Source of the DNA: an uncultured delta proteobacterium
GTDB taxonomy: Bacteria; Desulfobacterota; Desulfobaccia; Desulfobaccales; 0-14-0-80-60-11
Length of the DNA stretch: 64,000 nucleotides
Assembly (NCBI GenBank): GCA_963812015.1
Contig: CAWETI010000003.1
Location: 192,001 to 256,000 of the forward strand
Direction: 5' to 3'
The position numbers and the translations under genes were made by a program. Positions 48,430 through 58,489 of the stretch are shown here, piece after piece; the stretch's first letter is position 1, and every line of letters starts with the position of its first letter. The notes under the pieces are model-generated. The model was not told where the DNA came from, did not search any database, and saw nothing but the letters and a program-made list of their open reading frames with translations.

Positions 48430-50337
48430 CTATGAACGCAACTTAGTATAAGCCCCCTGGCCCCCCAGGGAGCTGCGCCGTTTCAGATAAACCATCAGCA
48501 CGGCCAGGGCCGCGGGGGTGACCCCGGAGATGCGGGCCGCCTGTCCCAGGGAGCGGGGCCGCACCTGCTTCAACTTTTCCCGGATTTCCAGGGACAAACC
48601 CGGCACCCCGTCATAGTCAAAGTCCGCCGGGATGCTTTTGCCCTCCCCCTGGGCGAATTTTTTGGCCGTCTCTTCCTGGCGCTTGATGTAGCCGTCGTAC
48701 TTGTGCTGGATTTCCAGCTGCTCCACCACCTCCGGGGGCACCGGTGGTTCTTCTCCGGCCAGGCGATACAGGGTGGGAAGATCCAGCTGGGGCCGCTTCA
48801 ACAGGCTCAAGACCGGGGTGGGGACTTTGATGGGCGCGGTGCCCCGGGCTTCCAGCTCCCGGTTGACCGAAAGGGTGGGGAAGATCCGGCGGCCCGTTAG
48901 CCGCGCCTCTTCTTCCCGCATCAAGCGCTGCTTTTCCCGGAAGCGGTCCACGGCCTCCCGGTCCACCAGCCCCAAATCAAAACCCCATTCCAGGAGACGG
49001 GCGTCGGCGTTGTCTTCCCGGAGGAGGAGGCGGTATTCCGCCCGGGAGGTGAACAGGCGGTAGGGCTCCCGGGTGCCCTTAGTCACCAGGTCGTCCACCA
49101 GCACCGCCATATAGGCCTGGGAGCGGTGGGGCAGAAAGGGGGGGCGGCCCAAGATTTGGCAGGCGGCGTTGATGCCGGCCCACAGACCCTGGCTCGCGGC
49201 CTCCTCGTAGCCCGAGGTGCCGTTGATCTGCCCGGCCAGGAACAGCCCCTGGACCCGCTTGGTCTCCAGGGTGGCTTTGAGCTCCAGGGGGTCCACATAG
49301 TCATACTCGATGGCGTAGGCCGGGCGCATCACTTCGGCCTCCTCTAGCCCGGGGACGCTGCGGAACAGGGCCAACTGGACCTCGGCCGGCAGGCAATTGC
49401 CCAGGCCCTTGGCGTAGATCTCGGCAGTGTCCCGCCCCTCCGGCTCCAGGGTCACCTGGTGGCTGATCTTCTCGGGAAACCGCATCACCTTGTCTTCCAG
49501 GGAGGGGCAGTACCGGGCGCTCACCCCCTTGATCACCCCGCTGTATAACGGCGAGAGGTGGATATGGTCCCGGATGAGCTTATGGGTGGCGCCGGTGGTG
49601 TGGGTGACATAACAGGCCACCTGCTCCAGGGGCAACGCCTGCGTGCGCCAGGAGAAGGGGCGGGGCCGGGGATCGCCGGTGAGCACCTCCAGGCCGGCGA
49701 AATCAATGCTGCCGGCCGCCAGGCGCGGCGGCGTGCCGGTCTTTAAACGCCCCATCTTAAAGCCCAGGTCCTTGAGGCAGGCGGCCAGGCCGGTGGCGGC
49801 GAACTCTCCGGCCCGGCCGGCGGGGATGCGGCAGTCCCCGATGTGGATGAGGCCGTTCAAAAAGGTGCCGGTGGTGATGAGCACTGCCCGGGCCCGGTAA
49901 TTGAGGCCCAGGGTTTCCACCACCCCCACCACCCGGCCGTCCTCCACCAGGAGCCGCTCCACCATGGATTCTCTGAGATCGATGCGGCCCTCTTTTTCCA
50001 GGTGGGATTTCATGGCCAGGCGATAGGCCTGTTTGTCGCACTGGATGCGGGTGCCCCGGACCGCCGGCCCTTTGGAGAGGTTGAGGGTGCGGAACTGGAT
50101 GCCGGCCTGATCCGCCAGGTAGCCCATCATCCCCCCCAGGGCGTCGATCTCCTTCACCAAGTGGCCTTTGGCCAGGCCACCCACCGCTGGGTTGCAGGCC
50201 ATATGGGCCATGGTGTCCAGGTTGAGGTTGAAGAGCAAAACCTTCAGACCCATGCGGGCCGCAGCCAGCGCGCCTTCGCATCCGGCGTGACCGGCGCCGA
50301 CGACGATCAGATCATAATCTTTCGGATAAAAGGCCAT
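48430..50337 (-). CDS. mnmG: tRNA uridine-5-carboxymethylaminomethyl(34) synthesis enzyme MnmG (GidA)
   Basis: [56 protein letters not shown]. Confidence 0.98.
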   Translation of the reverse strand: MAFYPKDYDLIVVGAGHAGCEGALAAARMGLKVLLFNLNLDTMAHMACNPAVGGLAKGHLVKEIDALGGMMGYLADQAGIQFRTLNLSKGPAVRGTRIQCDKQAYRLAMKSHLEKEGRIDLRESMVERLLVEDGRVVGVVETLGLNYRARAVLITTGTFLNGLIHIGDCRIPAGRAGEFAATGLAACLKDLGFKMGRLKTGTPPRLAAGSIDFAGLEVLTGDPRPRPFSWRTQALPLEQVACYVTHTTGATHKLIRDHIHLSPLYSGVIKGVSARYCPSLEDKVMRFPEKISHQVTLEPEGRDTAEIYAKGLGNCLPAEVQLALFRSVPGLEEAEVMRPAYAIEYDYVDPLELKATLETKRVQGLFLAGQINGTSGYEEAASQGLWAGINAACQILGRPPFLPHRSQAYMAVLVDDLVTKGTREPYRLFTSRAEYRLLLREDNADARLLEWGFDLGLVDREAVDRFREKQRLMREEEARLTGRRIFPTLSVNRELEARGTAPIKVPTPVLSLLKRPQLDLPTLYRLAGEEPPVPPEVVEQLEIQHKYDGYIKRQEETAKKFAQGEGKSIPADFDYDGVPGLSLEIREKLKQVRPRSLGQAARISGVTPAALAVLMVYLKRRSSLGGQGAYTKLRS

Positions 50338-50581
50338 GAGGGTGGTTCACCACGCAGCATAAAAATGTGGAACGCGGCCGGCGATTTCCTGAAAAGGGGT
50401 GGCGCAGGAGGCGCACCTTTTCAGAAGATGGCCTTTGCCAATCCTCAGCCTTGGCTGAAAGCTGACCGCGGCAAGCTATTTTCATACAAAAGGCCCTGAG
50501 GGGAAACTTCGGGCTTGAATTACGGACGCGAGATGATTTATGCTTAATCTTCAAGCACTATTCAGAGCCGAGGAGGAAGAT

Positions 50582-50827
50582 ATGGTTCATCCCGTGCAAG
50601 GCGCCGACCCCGATAAAGCACAGCATCGCACCTATAAAACCCTCGAACCGGAAGGGGAGCTCGCGGTGGTGCAGCGCCCCGAGGGAACAGTAAAAATTCT
50701 GTTCTACACCTGTAGCGGCGCCGACAAGGCCTGTCATACCGAAGCGGTCCTGACCCGCGAGGCGGCCTTCAACTTTGCCATGGAAATTCTCCAGCAAGCC
50801 TACCGCACCGTAGGCGGAGAAGAATAG
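50582..50827 (+). CDS. Hypothetical protein
   Basis: Strong RBS GAGGAGG, genome-typical codon usage; no recognised motif. Confidence 0.6.
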   Translation: MVHPVQGADPDKAQHRTYKTLEPEGELAVVQRPEGTVKILFYTCSGADKACHTEAVLTREAAFNFAMEILQQAYRTVGGEE

Positions 50828-50861
50828 TCCAACCCACCTGCTTCGGGGCCGGGGACTGCGG

Positions 50862-51251
50862 TCACCGGTCCCACTCCACCTCCCGCACCAAGTCGATGAA
50901 CTCCTGGGACTCGCCGTAGAGTTTCATGGACTGCTGGTAATCGATCCAGGACTGCCAGAGGGCCACCCACTCCTTATTGTGCCAGTAAAAGGGGCTTTCC
51001 TCGCCTTTTTCTTTAATCCGGACAAAGTCCTCGTACTCCTCCTGGCAAAAGGGGCAGAACCGGTAGGGACCCGTTTGCCGCTTGTACATTTCGTGGGTTT
51101 CGAATTGGATCCCGCACTTGGCGCAGCGGGCCAGGCAGCGGGTACACTGCACCATCTTGCGCACCGCCTCCATCTTCTTGGCCCGATCCACCTTGGCTTT
51201 TTTCTTCTGCTCCAGCTTGATCCGGTCTTCGATATCGATGATGTTGGACAT
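50862..51251 (-). CDS. Hypothetical protein with three CxxC pairs (possible Zn-binding)
   Basis: CTRC, CAKC, CPFC; RBS GAGG. Confidence 0.75.
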   Translation of the reverse strand: MSNIIDIEDRIKLEQKKKAKVDRAKKMEAVRKMVQCTRCLARCAKCGIQFETHEMYKRQTGPYRFCPFCQEEYEDFVRIKEKGEESPFYWHNKEWVALWQSWIDYQQSMKLYGESQEFIDLVREVEWDR

Positions 51252-51362
51252 GACTGACCTCAGAGGGGGGAATTGCCCCGGCAACGCCTTTTCCCCTCAA
51301 TAAAGCATATCAGGCGGGCCAGACCGGGTCAAGAGACGGCGCAGGCCCTCATTCTTTTCGGG

Positions 51363-52643
51363 TTAGTCCCCGCCCCGGTCCCGGTCCAGGTTGAACAGCC
51401 GCCGCACCAGGTCCAGTTCCTGGTGGGGGTTCTTGGGACGGCGGTTGCGCTTCAGGAAGATGATGGGGTCGTGGAGGAGTTTCTGGGTGATGGAGCCGGT
51501 GAGCACCTCCAGGGCCTGGCGCTGCTCCGGGGTCAGGGGACCCAACTGGTTCAGGGTCTTTTTCAGCTCCGCCTGGCAGATGGCCTCGGCCTTGTCCTTG
51601 AGGGCGATGATGGTGGGGTAGACCGCCAGGGTTTCCAGCCAGTGGAGGAATTTTAGGGTCTCGGCGGCCACCAGGCGCTCGGCTTTGGTGGCTTCGTGCC
51701 GCCGACGGTCCAGGTTGAGTTCCACCACCTCTTTCAGATCGTCGATGTTGTAGAGGTAGACGTTGTCCAGGTCGTTGATGCCGGGGTCCAGGTCCCGGGG
51801 CACCGCGATGTCGATGAGAAAGAGGGGCCGCTGCTTGCGCCGCCGCATCACCCCTTTGACCTGGTCCCGGGTGATGAGGACGTTGCCGGCGCCGGTGGAG
51901 CTGATGAGGATGTCGGCGGTGAGCAACTGGTCCGGCAATTCTTCCAGGGAGACCGCCTCCCCGCCGAAGCGCCTGGCCAGGTTGACGCCCCGCTCCAGGG
52001 TGCGGTTGGCCACGGTGATCTTGCCGGCGCCCTGGCCTTTGAGGTGCTCCAGGGCCAACTCCGCCATCTCCCCGGCCCCCATGAGCAGGACGTTTTTGCC
52101 GGCGAGGTCCCCGAAGATCTTTTTGGCCATGGTGACCGCGGCATAGCTGACACTCACGGCATGGTCGCCGATGCCGGTCTCGCCCCGGACCCGTTTGGCC
52201 ACGGAAAAAGCCTTGTGAACCAGGCGGTTGAGTATGGGGCCGGTGGCGTGGTGCTCCGTGGCCTCCCGGTAGGCCTGTTTCACCTGGCCGAGGATTTGGG
52301 GCTCCCCCACCACCAGGGAATCCAGGCTGGCCGCCACCCGGAAGAAGTGCTGCACCGCCTCCTGATCCCGGTGGATATAAAAGGACTCGTCCAGGTCACC
52401 CGGGGCGATCTCCGGGTGGCGGGCAAAGAATTCCCGGCTCCGCTCCGCGACGTCGTCCGGCGCCTCGGTGACGCACATCAACTCCACCCGGTTGCAGGTG
52501 ATGTACAACAGGCTCTCGGAGATCTCGGGCCAATGCTTCAGGCGGTCGTAGGCGTCCCCCACGTCCGGGATGAGGCAGGCCAGCTTTTCCCTGAGGGCCA
52601 CTGGCGCGGTTTTGTGGTTGACGCCGCAGAGGAGGAGGTTCAT
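51363..52643 (-). CDS. hemA: Glutamyl-tRNA reductase
   Basis: GVNHKTAPV, TCNRVE, SLDSLVVGEPQILGQ, GAGEM, DIAVPRD. Confidence 0.97.
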   Translation of the reverse strand: MNLLLCGVNHKTAPVALREKLACLIPDVGDAYDRLKHWPEISESLLYITCNRVELMCVTEAPDDVAERSREFFARHPEIAPGDLDESFYIHRDQEAVQHFFRVAASLDSLVVGEPQILGQVKQAYREATEHHATGPILNRLVHKAFSVAKRVRGETGIGDHAVSVSYAAVTMAKKIFGDLAGKNVLLMGAGEMAELALEHLKGQGAGKITVANRTLERGVNLARRFGGEAVSLEELPDQLLTADILISSTGAGNVLITRDQVKGVMRRRKQRPLFLIDIAVPRDLDPGINDLDNVYLYNIDDLKEVVELNLDRRRHEATKAERLVAAETLKFLHWLETLAVYPTIIALKDKAEAICQAELKKTLNQLGPLTPEQRQALEVLTGSITQKLLHDPIIFLKRNRRPKNPHQELDLVRRLFNLDRDRGGD

Positions 52644-53473
52644 GGCTTTTGCAGGAACTTGGCGAAACTGTGGTAGCCCGTGAGCCACAGGTTGGCGCCC
52701 ACAAAGGTGCACACCAGCACCAGGAAGCCGCCGATGGCCATCAGCGCCGCCCGCCGGCCCCGCCAGCCCACCGTCAGACGCTCGTGGAGGAGCACGGCGT
52801 AGATGAGCCAGGCGATGAGGGTCAGGACCTCCTTGGGGTCCCAACTCCAGAAGCGCCCCAGGGTGTGCTGGGCATAGAGGGACCCGGAAATGATCCCGGC
52901 GGTGAGCAAGGGGAAGCCGAAGGTCAGGCACCAGGAGTTGAGGGTGTCCAGTTGAGACAATGACGGCAGCCGCCGATAAAAAAAGCCGAACTGCTTGCCC
53001 TTGATCTGCCGCTCCTGGATCAGGTAGAGGATGCCTCCCAGGCAGGCCAGGGCCAGGGCGGCATAGCCCGCCAGGGTCAGGCAGATGTGCACGGTGAGCC
53101 AGAAACCCTGCAGCAGGGGCGAGACGGCCCCTTGGGGCTGGGGCAGGATGAGGGCGCCGGACACCATCAGGGCCGCCAGGGGCGCCACCAGGGCGCCCAG
53201 GACCTTGATGGGGTAGCGCCAGATCAGGAGCAGAAAGGCCGCCACCAGGGCCCAGGCGAACAACAGCAGGGTGGCCCCGAAGCTGGCCGCGGGAAGGGAC
53301 CCTGAGATCCAAATCCGCTGGATAAGGGCCAGGGTGTGGCACGCCAGGCCCCCGGCCATGACCCAGGCGCCGGCGCGATAGTAGCCCTCCCACTGGGCCA
53401 GGAAGTATAACAGCCAGAGGCCGGTGGCGGCGAAATAGGCGGCCAGGGCGAGATAGAGGAAAAGGTTATTCAT
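52640..53473 (-). CDS. Cytochrome c assembly (CcsA/HemX-like) membrane protein
   Basis: Multiple TM helices, FWSWDPKE WWD-type motif, conserved His; in operon with hemA. Confidence 0.88.
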   Translation of the reverse strand: MNNLFLYLALAAYFAATGLWLLYFLAQWEGYYRAGAWVMAGGLACHTLALIQRIWISGSLPAASFGATLLLFAWALVAAFLLLIWRYPIKVLGALVAPLAALMVSGALILPQPQGAVSPLLQGFWLTVHICLTLAGYAALALACLGGILYLIQERQIKGKQFGFFYRRLPSLSQLDTLNSWCLTFGFPLLTAGIISGSLYAQHTLGRFWSWDPKEVLTLIAWLIYAVLLHERLTVGWRGRRAALMAIGGFLVLVCTFVGANLWLTGYHSFAKFLQKP

Positions 53474-53522
53474 ATCATTGTGGCCTTAAGAGCATGTCTT
53501 CTGACGGAACGCCGGCCACCCG

Positions 53523-54212
53523 TCACCCCTCTGGTTCCTTAAAGGCCTGGGACACCAGTTCTCCCAGGACCGGGGTGCTTAAGACCGAGCCCAACACTTC
53601 GTGGAGCACGGTCAGCACCCGGGCCCGGTCCCCCTGGGCCACCGCCTCTCTCAGGGGGCTGCCCACCAGACGATGGAAGAGGGGGCCATTGTCGGGATGG
53701 GCCCGGCGCTCCGTGAGGAGCCGGGTCCGCACCCGTTGGAGCAGGTCCAGGTAAGGCCCGTATTCCGGCCCGAAATGCTGCTGCAGCTCCTCCCGCACCT
53801 GGCGGGCCAGGGCCGGGGACGCGCCACCGGTGCTGATGGCCAGGGTCAGATCGCCCCGGCGCACCTGAGCCGGGACAATGAAGGTGCAATGTTCCGGCTC
53901 GTCCGCCACATTGACCCAGATGGCCCGGGCCTGGGCCGCAGCGCTCACCTTGGCGTTGACCTCCGGGTCGTCCGTGGCGGCCATGACCAGGGCCATGCCC
54001 TCCACCTGGGACTCAGTAAAATCGGCCGCCAGATAGCGGATTTCCCCCCGGGAGGCCAAGGCTGCCAACTCGGGGGTCAGGGTGCGGCTGACCACGGTCA
54101 CCCGAGCCCCGGCGGCCATGAGGTCCTGGACTTTGCGTTCTCCCACCGCGCCCCCGCCCACCACCAGGCAAGGCTTGTTTTCAATGACGGCAAAAATCGG
54201 ATAAGTTTTCAT
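53523..54212 (-). CDS. Precorrin-2 dehydrogenase / sirohydrochlorin ferrochelatase (SirC/CysG N-terminal type)
   Basis: YPIF, VVGGGAVGERK, ATDD, VNVAD, ISTGGASPALA. Confidence 0.92.
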   Translation of the reverse strand: MKTYPIFAVIENKPCLVVGGGAVGERKVQDLMAAGARVTVVSRTLTPELAALASRGEIRYLAADFTESQVEGMALVMAATDDPEVNAKVSAAAQARAIWVNVADEPEHCTFIVPAQVRRGDLTLAISTGGASPALARQVREELQQHFGPEYGPYLDLLQRVRTRLLTERRAHPDNGPLFHRLVGSPLREAVAQGDRARVLTVLHEVLGSVLSTPVLGELVSQAFKEPEG

Positions 54213-54444
54213 GGGGTAAGGGATTCGCTTTTTTCCAGGGGGAAGAGTCCGGCCACGGCCCTGATATTTATCTGCATCTGTAAAATATACCAAGTCTGGC
54301 CACGGTATGCAAGGGGAATGCCAGGGGCGCCGGGGCCAAATCTTCCCCCCGGGCCTTTGGCATTGACAGGAACCCAAAATCTTGGTTAGATACTAAGGTA
54401 GAGAAAGGCAAGCCCTTGGTGCATCCACGGCTTGCGCCCTGACC

Positions 54445-55095
54445 ATGAACCTTCTTCGTCTACTTGCCATCTGGCTGACCCTGGGGACCGGCGCCCTCTT
54501 GGGTCCTGGGGCACCGCCCAGTTGGGGGGGACAGGCCGCCATGAACCTGACTACCGCGGACAAACAGCTCTTACTGCAAGTGGCCCGGGACAGCATTGCC
54601 GCCCAGCTCACGGGAAAAACCGCCGCGCCGGTTAAGACCGCGTCGCCCGTGTTGCAGGAACTGCGAGGGGCCTTTGTCTCACTGCATCGCCAGGGGCAAC
54701 TGCGGGGCTGCATCGGCTATATTGAAGCGCTCAAACCGCTCCTGGAAACGGTGCGGGAGATGGCGCCGGCCGCGGCTTTTCAGGATCCCCGCTTCCGGCC
54801 CTTGCAGGCCAGTGAGCTGCCCGACCTGGAGATCGAGATCTCCGTGCTGAGCCCCTTGCGCCTCATCAAAAACCCCGATGAGATTGAAGTGGGCCAACAC
54901 GGCCTCTATATCGTCAGAGGTATAAACCGGGGCTTGCTCCTGCCCCAGGTGGCCACCCAGTACCACTGGGACCGCCTGACGTTCCTGGAGCAGACCTGCA
55001 ACAAGGCGGGCTTACCCCCGGATGCCTGGAAAGATCCCCATACCCAGATCTATAGTTTCAGCGCGGAGGTCTTCGCCGATCATCCCCACCCTTAA
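54445..55095 (+). CDS. amrA: AMMECR1-domain protein (AmmeMemoRadiSam protein A)
   Basis: GAFVSL, LRGCIG, AAFQDPRF, EISVLS, GLLLPQVA, KAGL. Alternative start 54541. Confidence 0.9.
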   Translation: MNLLRLLAIWLTLGTGALLGPGAPPSWGGQAAMNLTTADKQLLLQVARDSIAAQLTGKTAAPVKTASPVLQELRGAFVSLHRQGQLRGCIGYIEALKPLLETVREMAPAAAFQDPRFRPLQASELPDLEIEISVLSPLRLIKNPDEIEVGQHGLYIVRGINRGLLLPQVATQYHWDRLTFLEQTCNKAGLPPDAWKDPHTQIYSFSAEVFADHPHP

Positions 55096-55130
55096 CCCTC
55101 TGAAGCTTTACGGTAGGAGCCTCAATCTCC

Positions 55131-56321
55131 ATGACTCCCAATGAAATTAAAGAACCGGGACAGTTTCCTGTTCCTGCGCCGGAGTCGCCCCCCGGGGGTC
55201 TGCTGGCCCTGGTGCTGCGTCACCGTTTCCTCGTGGTCTCCCTGGTGGTGGTGCTTTTTTTAGGGTCTCTATTTGCCTGGGGAGCCCGGTCCCGCAGCTC
55301 GGCCCCGCCGGAGTCGGCGGCATCCCCCCTGGCCGAGGCCACCCATGGCGAACCGGCCCCGTCGGCCTCCAAAGAAGCCGAGCTTAAGCCCCTCATCCCG
55401 GTGCCGCCCCCTAAAGACACGCATGAAGGAGGGCTTGCGGCGACGCCCCCCCATCCCGGCGCCCCGGAGCCTTCGATTGCCCCGGGCCCCCCCAAGGCAG
55501 GGCCGACCCACGTCCCGCCCGCCGCCCCGGCCCTGGCGACCCCGACCCGGGAACCGGTCAGAGGCGAGGTTTTTACCCAGGCCTTGATCAAGATCATGGA
55601 TGATCAGGTCAACCAGACCTGGTTCGGATGGCGGCCCAATACCATCGTGTTCGGCAAGATGGGCCTGACGGACAACGTCAACAACATCCAGCTGGGGGTC
55701 CTGGAAGTGGCCCGGCGTACCGTGGTGGTCCTCAACGAGCACATGACCCGGTTCGCCACCACCGAGGCCTATAATCCCCGGGTCAACGAGGCCATGAATT
55801 TTTTCATGGTCAGCCCGGATAAATACTGGTTCCCGTCCGCCTCCGGCAAGTATCGGGAAGCCATGCAAGACCTGGCCAGGTATATCGATGATTTAAAGGC
55901 GGGCCGGGCCCGGTACTATACCCGGGTGGATTATCTGATCGCCCTGCTGAGCAACTACAAAGACCTGTTGGGCAGCAGTTACCACAACCTGATTAAGGAC
56001 ACGGAAGCCGACGGCAAGCCGGTTTCCTGGTTCGTGGTGGACGACTATTTTTATTACTCCCAGGGAATCGCTGTGGCCATGGCCGAGATGCTGGAGGCGA
56101 TCACGAAGGAATTCCACCCGGAACTCCAGAAGAAGAACTCCAACAAGCTGCTGGAGGACGCCATCCACGCCCTGCACGCCGCTTCTCATCTGGACCCCTG
56201 GGTGGTGACCAACGGCGCCAAAGACGGTATTTTGGCCAATCACCGGGCCAATATGTCGACCTACATCGGGGAAGCCGAGCACGTTATTTCCACCATGCAA
56301 TCCCAGTTGGCCACCAACTAA
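55131..56321 (+). CDS. DUF2333 family membrane-anchored protein with Pro-rich linker
   Basis: TM helix, GWRPN, DNVNNIQLGV, W.FPSA, DDYFY, ANHRANM. Confidence 0.75.
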   Translation: MTPNEIKEPGQFPVPAPESPPGGLLALVLRHRFLVVSLVVVLFLGSLFAWGARSRSSAPPESAASPLAEATHGEPAPSASKEAELKPLIPVPPPKDTHEGGLAATPPHPGAPEPSIAPGPPKAGPTHVPPAAPALATPTREPVRGEVFTQALIKIMDDQVNQTWFGWRPNTIVFGKMGLTDNVNNIQLGVLEVARRTVVVLNEHMTRFATTEAYNPRVNEAMNFFMVSPDKYWFPSASGKYREAMQDLARYIDDLKAGRARYYTRVDYLIALLSNYKDLLGSSYHNLIKDTEADGKPVSWFVVDDYFYYSQGIAVAMAEMLEAITKEFHPELQKKNSNKLLEDAIHALHAASHLDPWVVTNGAKDGILANHRANMSTYIGEAEHVISTMQSQLATN

Positions 56322-56428
56322 GCGAGTGCCGGGGCCAAGGCCCACGGTTCAGTCTGAGGCGGGAATTTCGTTGAAATTCCCGCCGCTTTGTTTTATGGTG
56401 GACGGGCGAAGGCGCAAGGAGGTTCGTC

Positions 56429-57031
56429 ATGCTGGTCGGCCAGATCATGAGCAAGAAGATTGTCACTATTTCTCCCGACAAGCTAGTGGGCCAGGCTTTA
56501 AGGGTGATGCAAAAGCAGCAGATCCGCCACCTGCCGGTCATGGAGCACAACCGCATGGTGGGGTGGATCACCTCCCGGGACCTGCGGGAGGTCCTCCTGG
56601 CCTCCATGTTGGAACAAATCAAGGTGGGAGACGTGATGGTCCCGGCTCCCCTGAGCGTCGGCCCCGACACCGAGGTGGAGGAGGCGGCCCGCCTGATTCA
56701 TGAACATAAAATCGGCGGCATGCCCGTGATGGAAGGCGATAAGCTGGTGGGGGTCATCACCATGCTGGATTTGATCTCCGCCTTCATCACCATGCTGGGG
56801 CTGCTCAAGAGCTCCTCCCGCCTGGACCTTCTCCTTTCGAACCGGCCGGAGGCCCTGGACGCGGTCACCCGCCTCATCAAGGAGGCGGGGGGCCAAATCA
56901 TCAACGTGGCCCTGGGGCCCACCCAGGGCGATCAGCGGCCTTTCTATTTCCGCCTGGGCAAGGTCAACCTGGAACCCATCGTCAAGACCCTCAAACAACA
57001 GGGCTACGCGGTGCTGGATGCCATTGCTTGA
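56429..57031 (+). CDS. CBS-pair + ACT domain protein (AcuB-like)
   Basis: IRHLPV, KIGGMPV..LVGVIT; C-terminal NRPEAL ACT-like domain. Confidence 0.88.
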   Translation: MLVGQIMSKKIVTISPDKLVGQALRVMQKQQIRHLPVMEHNRMVGWITSRDLREVLLASMLEQIKVGDVMVPAPLSVGPDTEVEEAARLIHEHKIGGMPVMEGDKLVGVITMLDLISAFITMLGLLKSSSRLDLLLSNRPEALDAVTRLIKEAGGQIINVALGPTQGDQRPFYFRLGKVNLEPIVKTLKQQGYAVLDAIA

Positions 57032-57070
57032 AAGTGGTTTGGCAACGGCCGGGGAACATGAAAGAATTGA

Positions 57071-58489
57071 TCAGATCCGGGGTTGCGGTCCCCGGGAAGG
57101 ATTGGCGGGCTTCTCGGCTGGTGGGGCAGGTTCCGGACCGGCGATGCGGTTTTTTCCGGCCTGCTTGGCCCGGTAGTGGGCCTCATCCGCGGCCTGGATC
57201 AGGCTCTCCATGCTCATCTGGGGGTTCAGCCCCGAGACGCCGATACTAACGGTAACCGTGAGGCCTTGGGCCAGGGGGGACTGGGCAATGCGTCGGCATA
57301 GCCTCTCGGCCAACCCCATGGCCTGATCCGCAGGCGTCTGGCTCAGGAGGATGACAAACTCATCGCCGCCGTAACGGCAGAGCAGGTCGGCCTGCCGGAT
57401 CCCCTTCTTCAGGATAGTCGCCACTTGCCGCATGATTTTATCGCCTTTTAAATGGCCCAGGGTGTCGTTGACCTGCTTGAAATTATCGATGTCCAGGAAT
57501 AGCAGGGAGAGAGGGGTCTTATAACGGCGGCACTTCTCCACCTCATAATGGAGCGCTTCCTTGAAATAGCCGTAATTATACAAGCCGGTCAAAGCATCCC
57601 GGATGGCCATGCTTTTCACCTGGTTAAAGAGGACCAGGTTCTTGATGCCAGCCTCCCCCTGGAGGATGAAGATCCGAAAGAGTTCGATTTCCTCCGGGGT
57701 AAAAGGCTCCTGTCGCCCGGCCCCCGCCGCCAGGGTGATGTTGCCCACCTCGACCCTCTGCCACAGCATGGCCGCAACCGGCGTCGTAGCGGGAGGGGTG
57801 GGGGACTCAGGCGCCAAGAGCCCTTGCAGCACGTTTTGAAAGGTCTGAAACCGGGCATCCGGAACGTCCGGCTGACGCCGATAGGCCGCCTGGGGCAGCT
57901 CTCTTGCCGGGCCCCGGACTTCCAACCCTAAGAGTTCCAGGGAGAGGCTGTCCCAGATGAGATTGACCAGCCCCCGGATCAGTTGGTCCCAGGTAAGGGG
58001 TCCGGCCAGGGTTTCGGCGATTTGCCTCACGTGGGTGAGTTCCCGGGCCCGTCGTTGGGCCAGCTCTTCCTGAGCTTTCGAGATGTGTTCCGCCAGTTCC
58101 CGGTTTTCCCGGGCCAGGCGGCGCCGTTCCAGGGCCCGGGCCACCAGGGTCTGGAGGTCGGCCAGGCGCAGGTCCGCTTTCACCAGGTAGTCATAAGCCC
58201 CCGAGCGCAAGGCCTGCACCGCGCTCTCCAGGCCGGCATGGCCGGTGAAGAGGATCACCTCCGTATCCGGGGTGTGAGCCTTGATATGGGAGAGGAGATC
58301 CAGGCCGGAGCAATCCGGCAGCATCAGGTCCAGGATGGCCAGGGCGAACTCCTGATTTTGCAGGGCCGCCATGGCCGCCTGGCCGTCCGCCGCCGTCGTC
58401 ACCGCATACCCCTGGCTGTCCAGAAACTCCTGGATCGTGCCCATTAACTGGAGATCATCGTCCGCCAGGAGGATTGCGTCTCCCGTCAT
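57071..58489 (-). CDS. Response regulator (REC)-GGDEF diguanylate cyclase
   Basis: ADDD, ILDLMLPD, GAYDYLVK; DALTGLYN, RQAD I-site, GGDEF. Confidence 0.92.
   Translation of the reverse strand: MTGDAILLADDDLQLMGTIQEFLDSQGYAVTTAADGQAAMAALQNQEFALAILDLMLPDCSGLDLLSHIKAHTPDTEVILFTGHAGLESAVQALRSGAYDYLVKADLRLADLQTLVARALERRRLARENRELAEHISKAQEELAQRRARELTHVRQIAETLAGPLTWDQLIRGLVNLIWDSLSLELLGLEVRGPARELPQAAYRRQPDVPDARFQTFQNVLQGLLAPESPTPPATTPVAAMLWQRVEVGNITLAAGAGRQEPFTPEEIELFRIFILQGEAGIKNLVLFNQVKSMAIRDALTGLYNYGYFKEALHYEVEKCRRYKTPLSLLFLDIDNFKQVNDTLGHLKGDKIMRQVATILKKGIRQADLLCRYGGDEFVILLSQTPADQAMGLAERLCRRIAQSPLAQGLTVTVSIGVSGLNPQMSMESLIQAADEAHYRAKQAGKNRIAGPEPAPPAEKPANPSRGPQPRI

Noticed and set aside
42318..48430. 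Integrative element inserted at tRNA-Met
   Set aside because: No integrase, no intact duplicated tRNA 3' end, and GC similar to the core.
9213..57031. Other TGA stops (9215, 35786, 42177, 57031) as selenocysteine codons
   Set aside because: They fall at the natural C-termini of complete proteins with no conserved-looking in-frame continuation.
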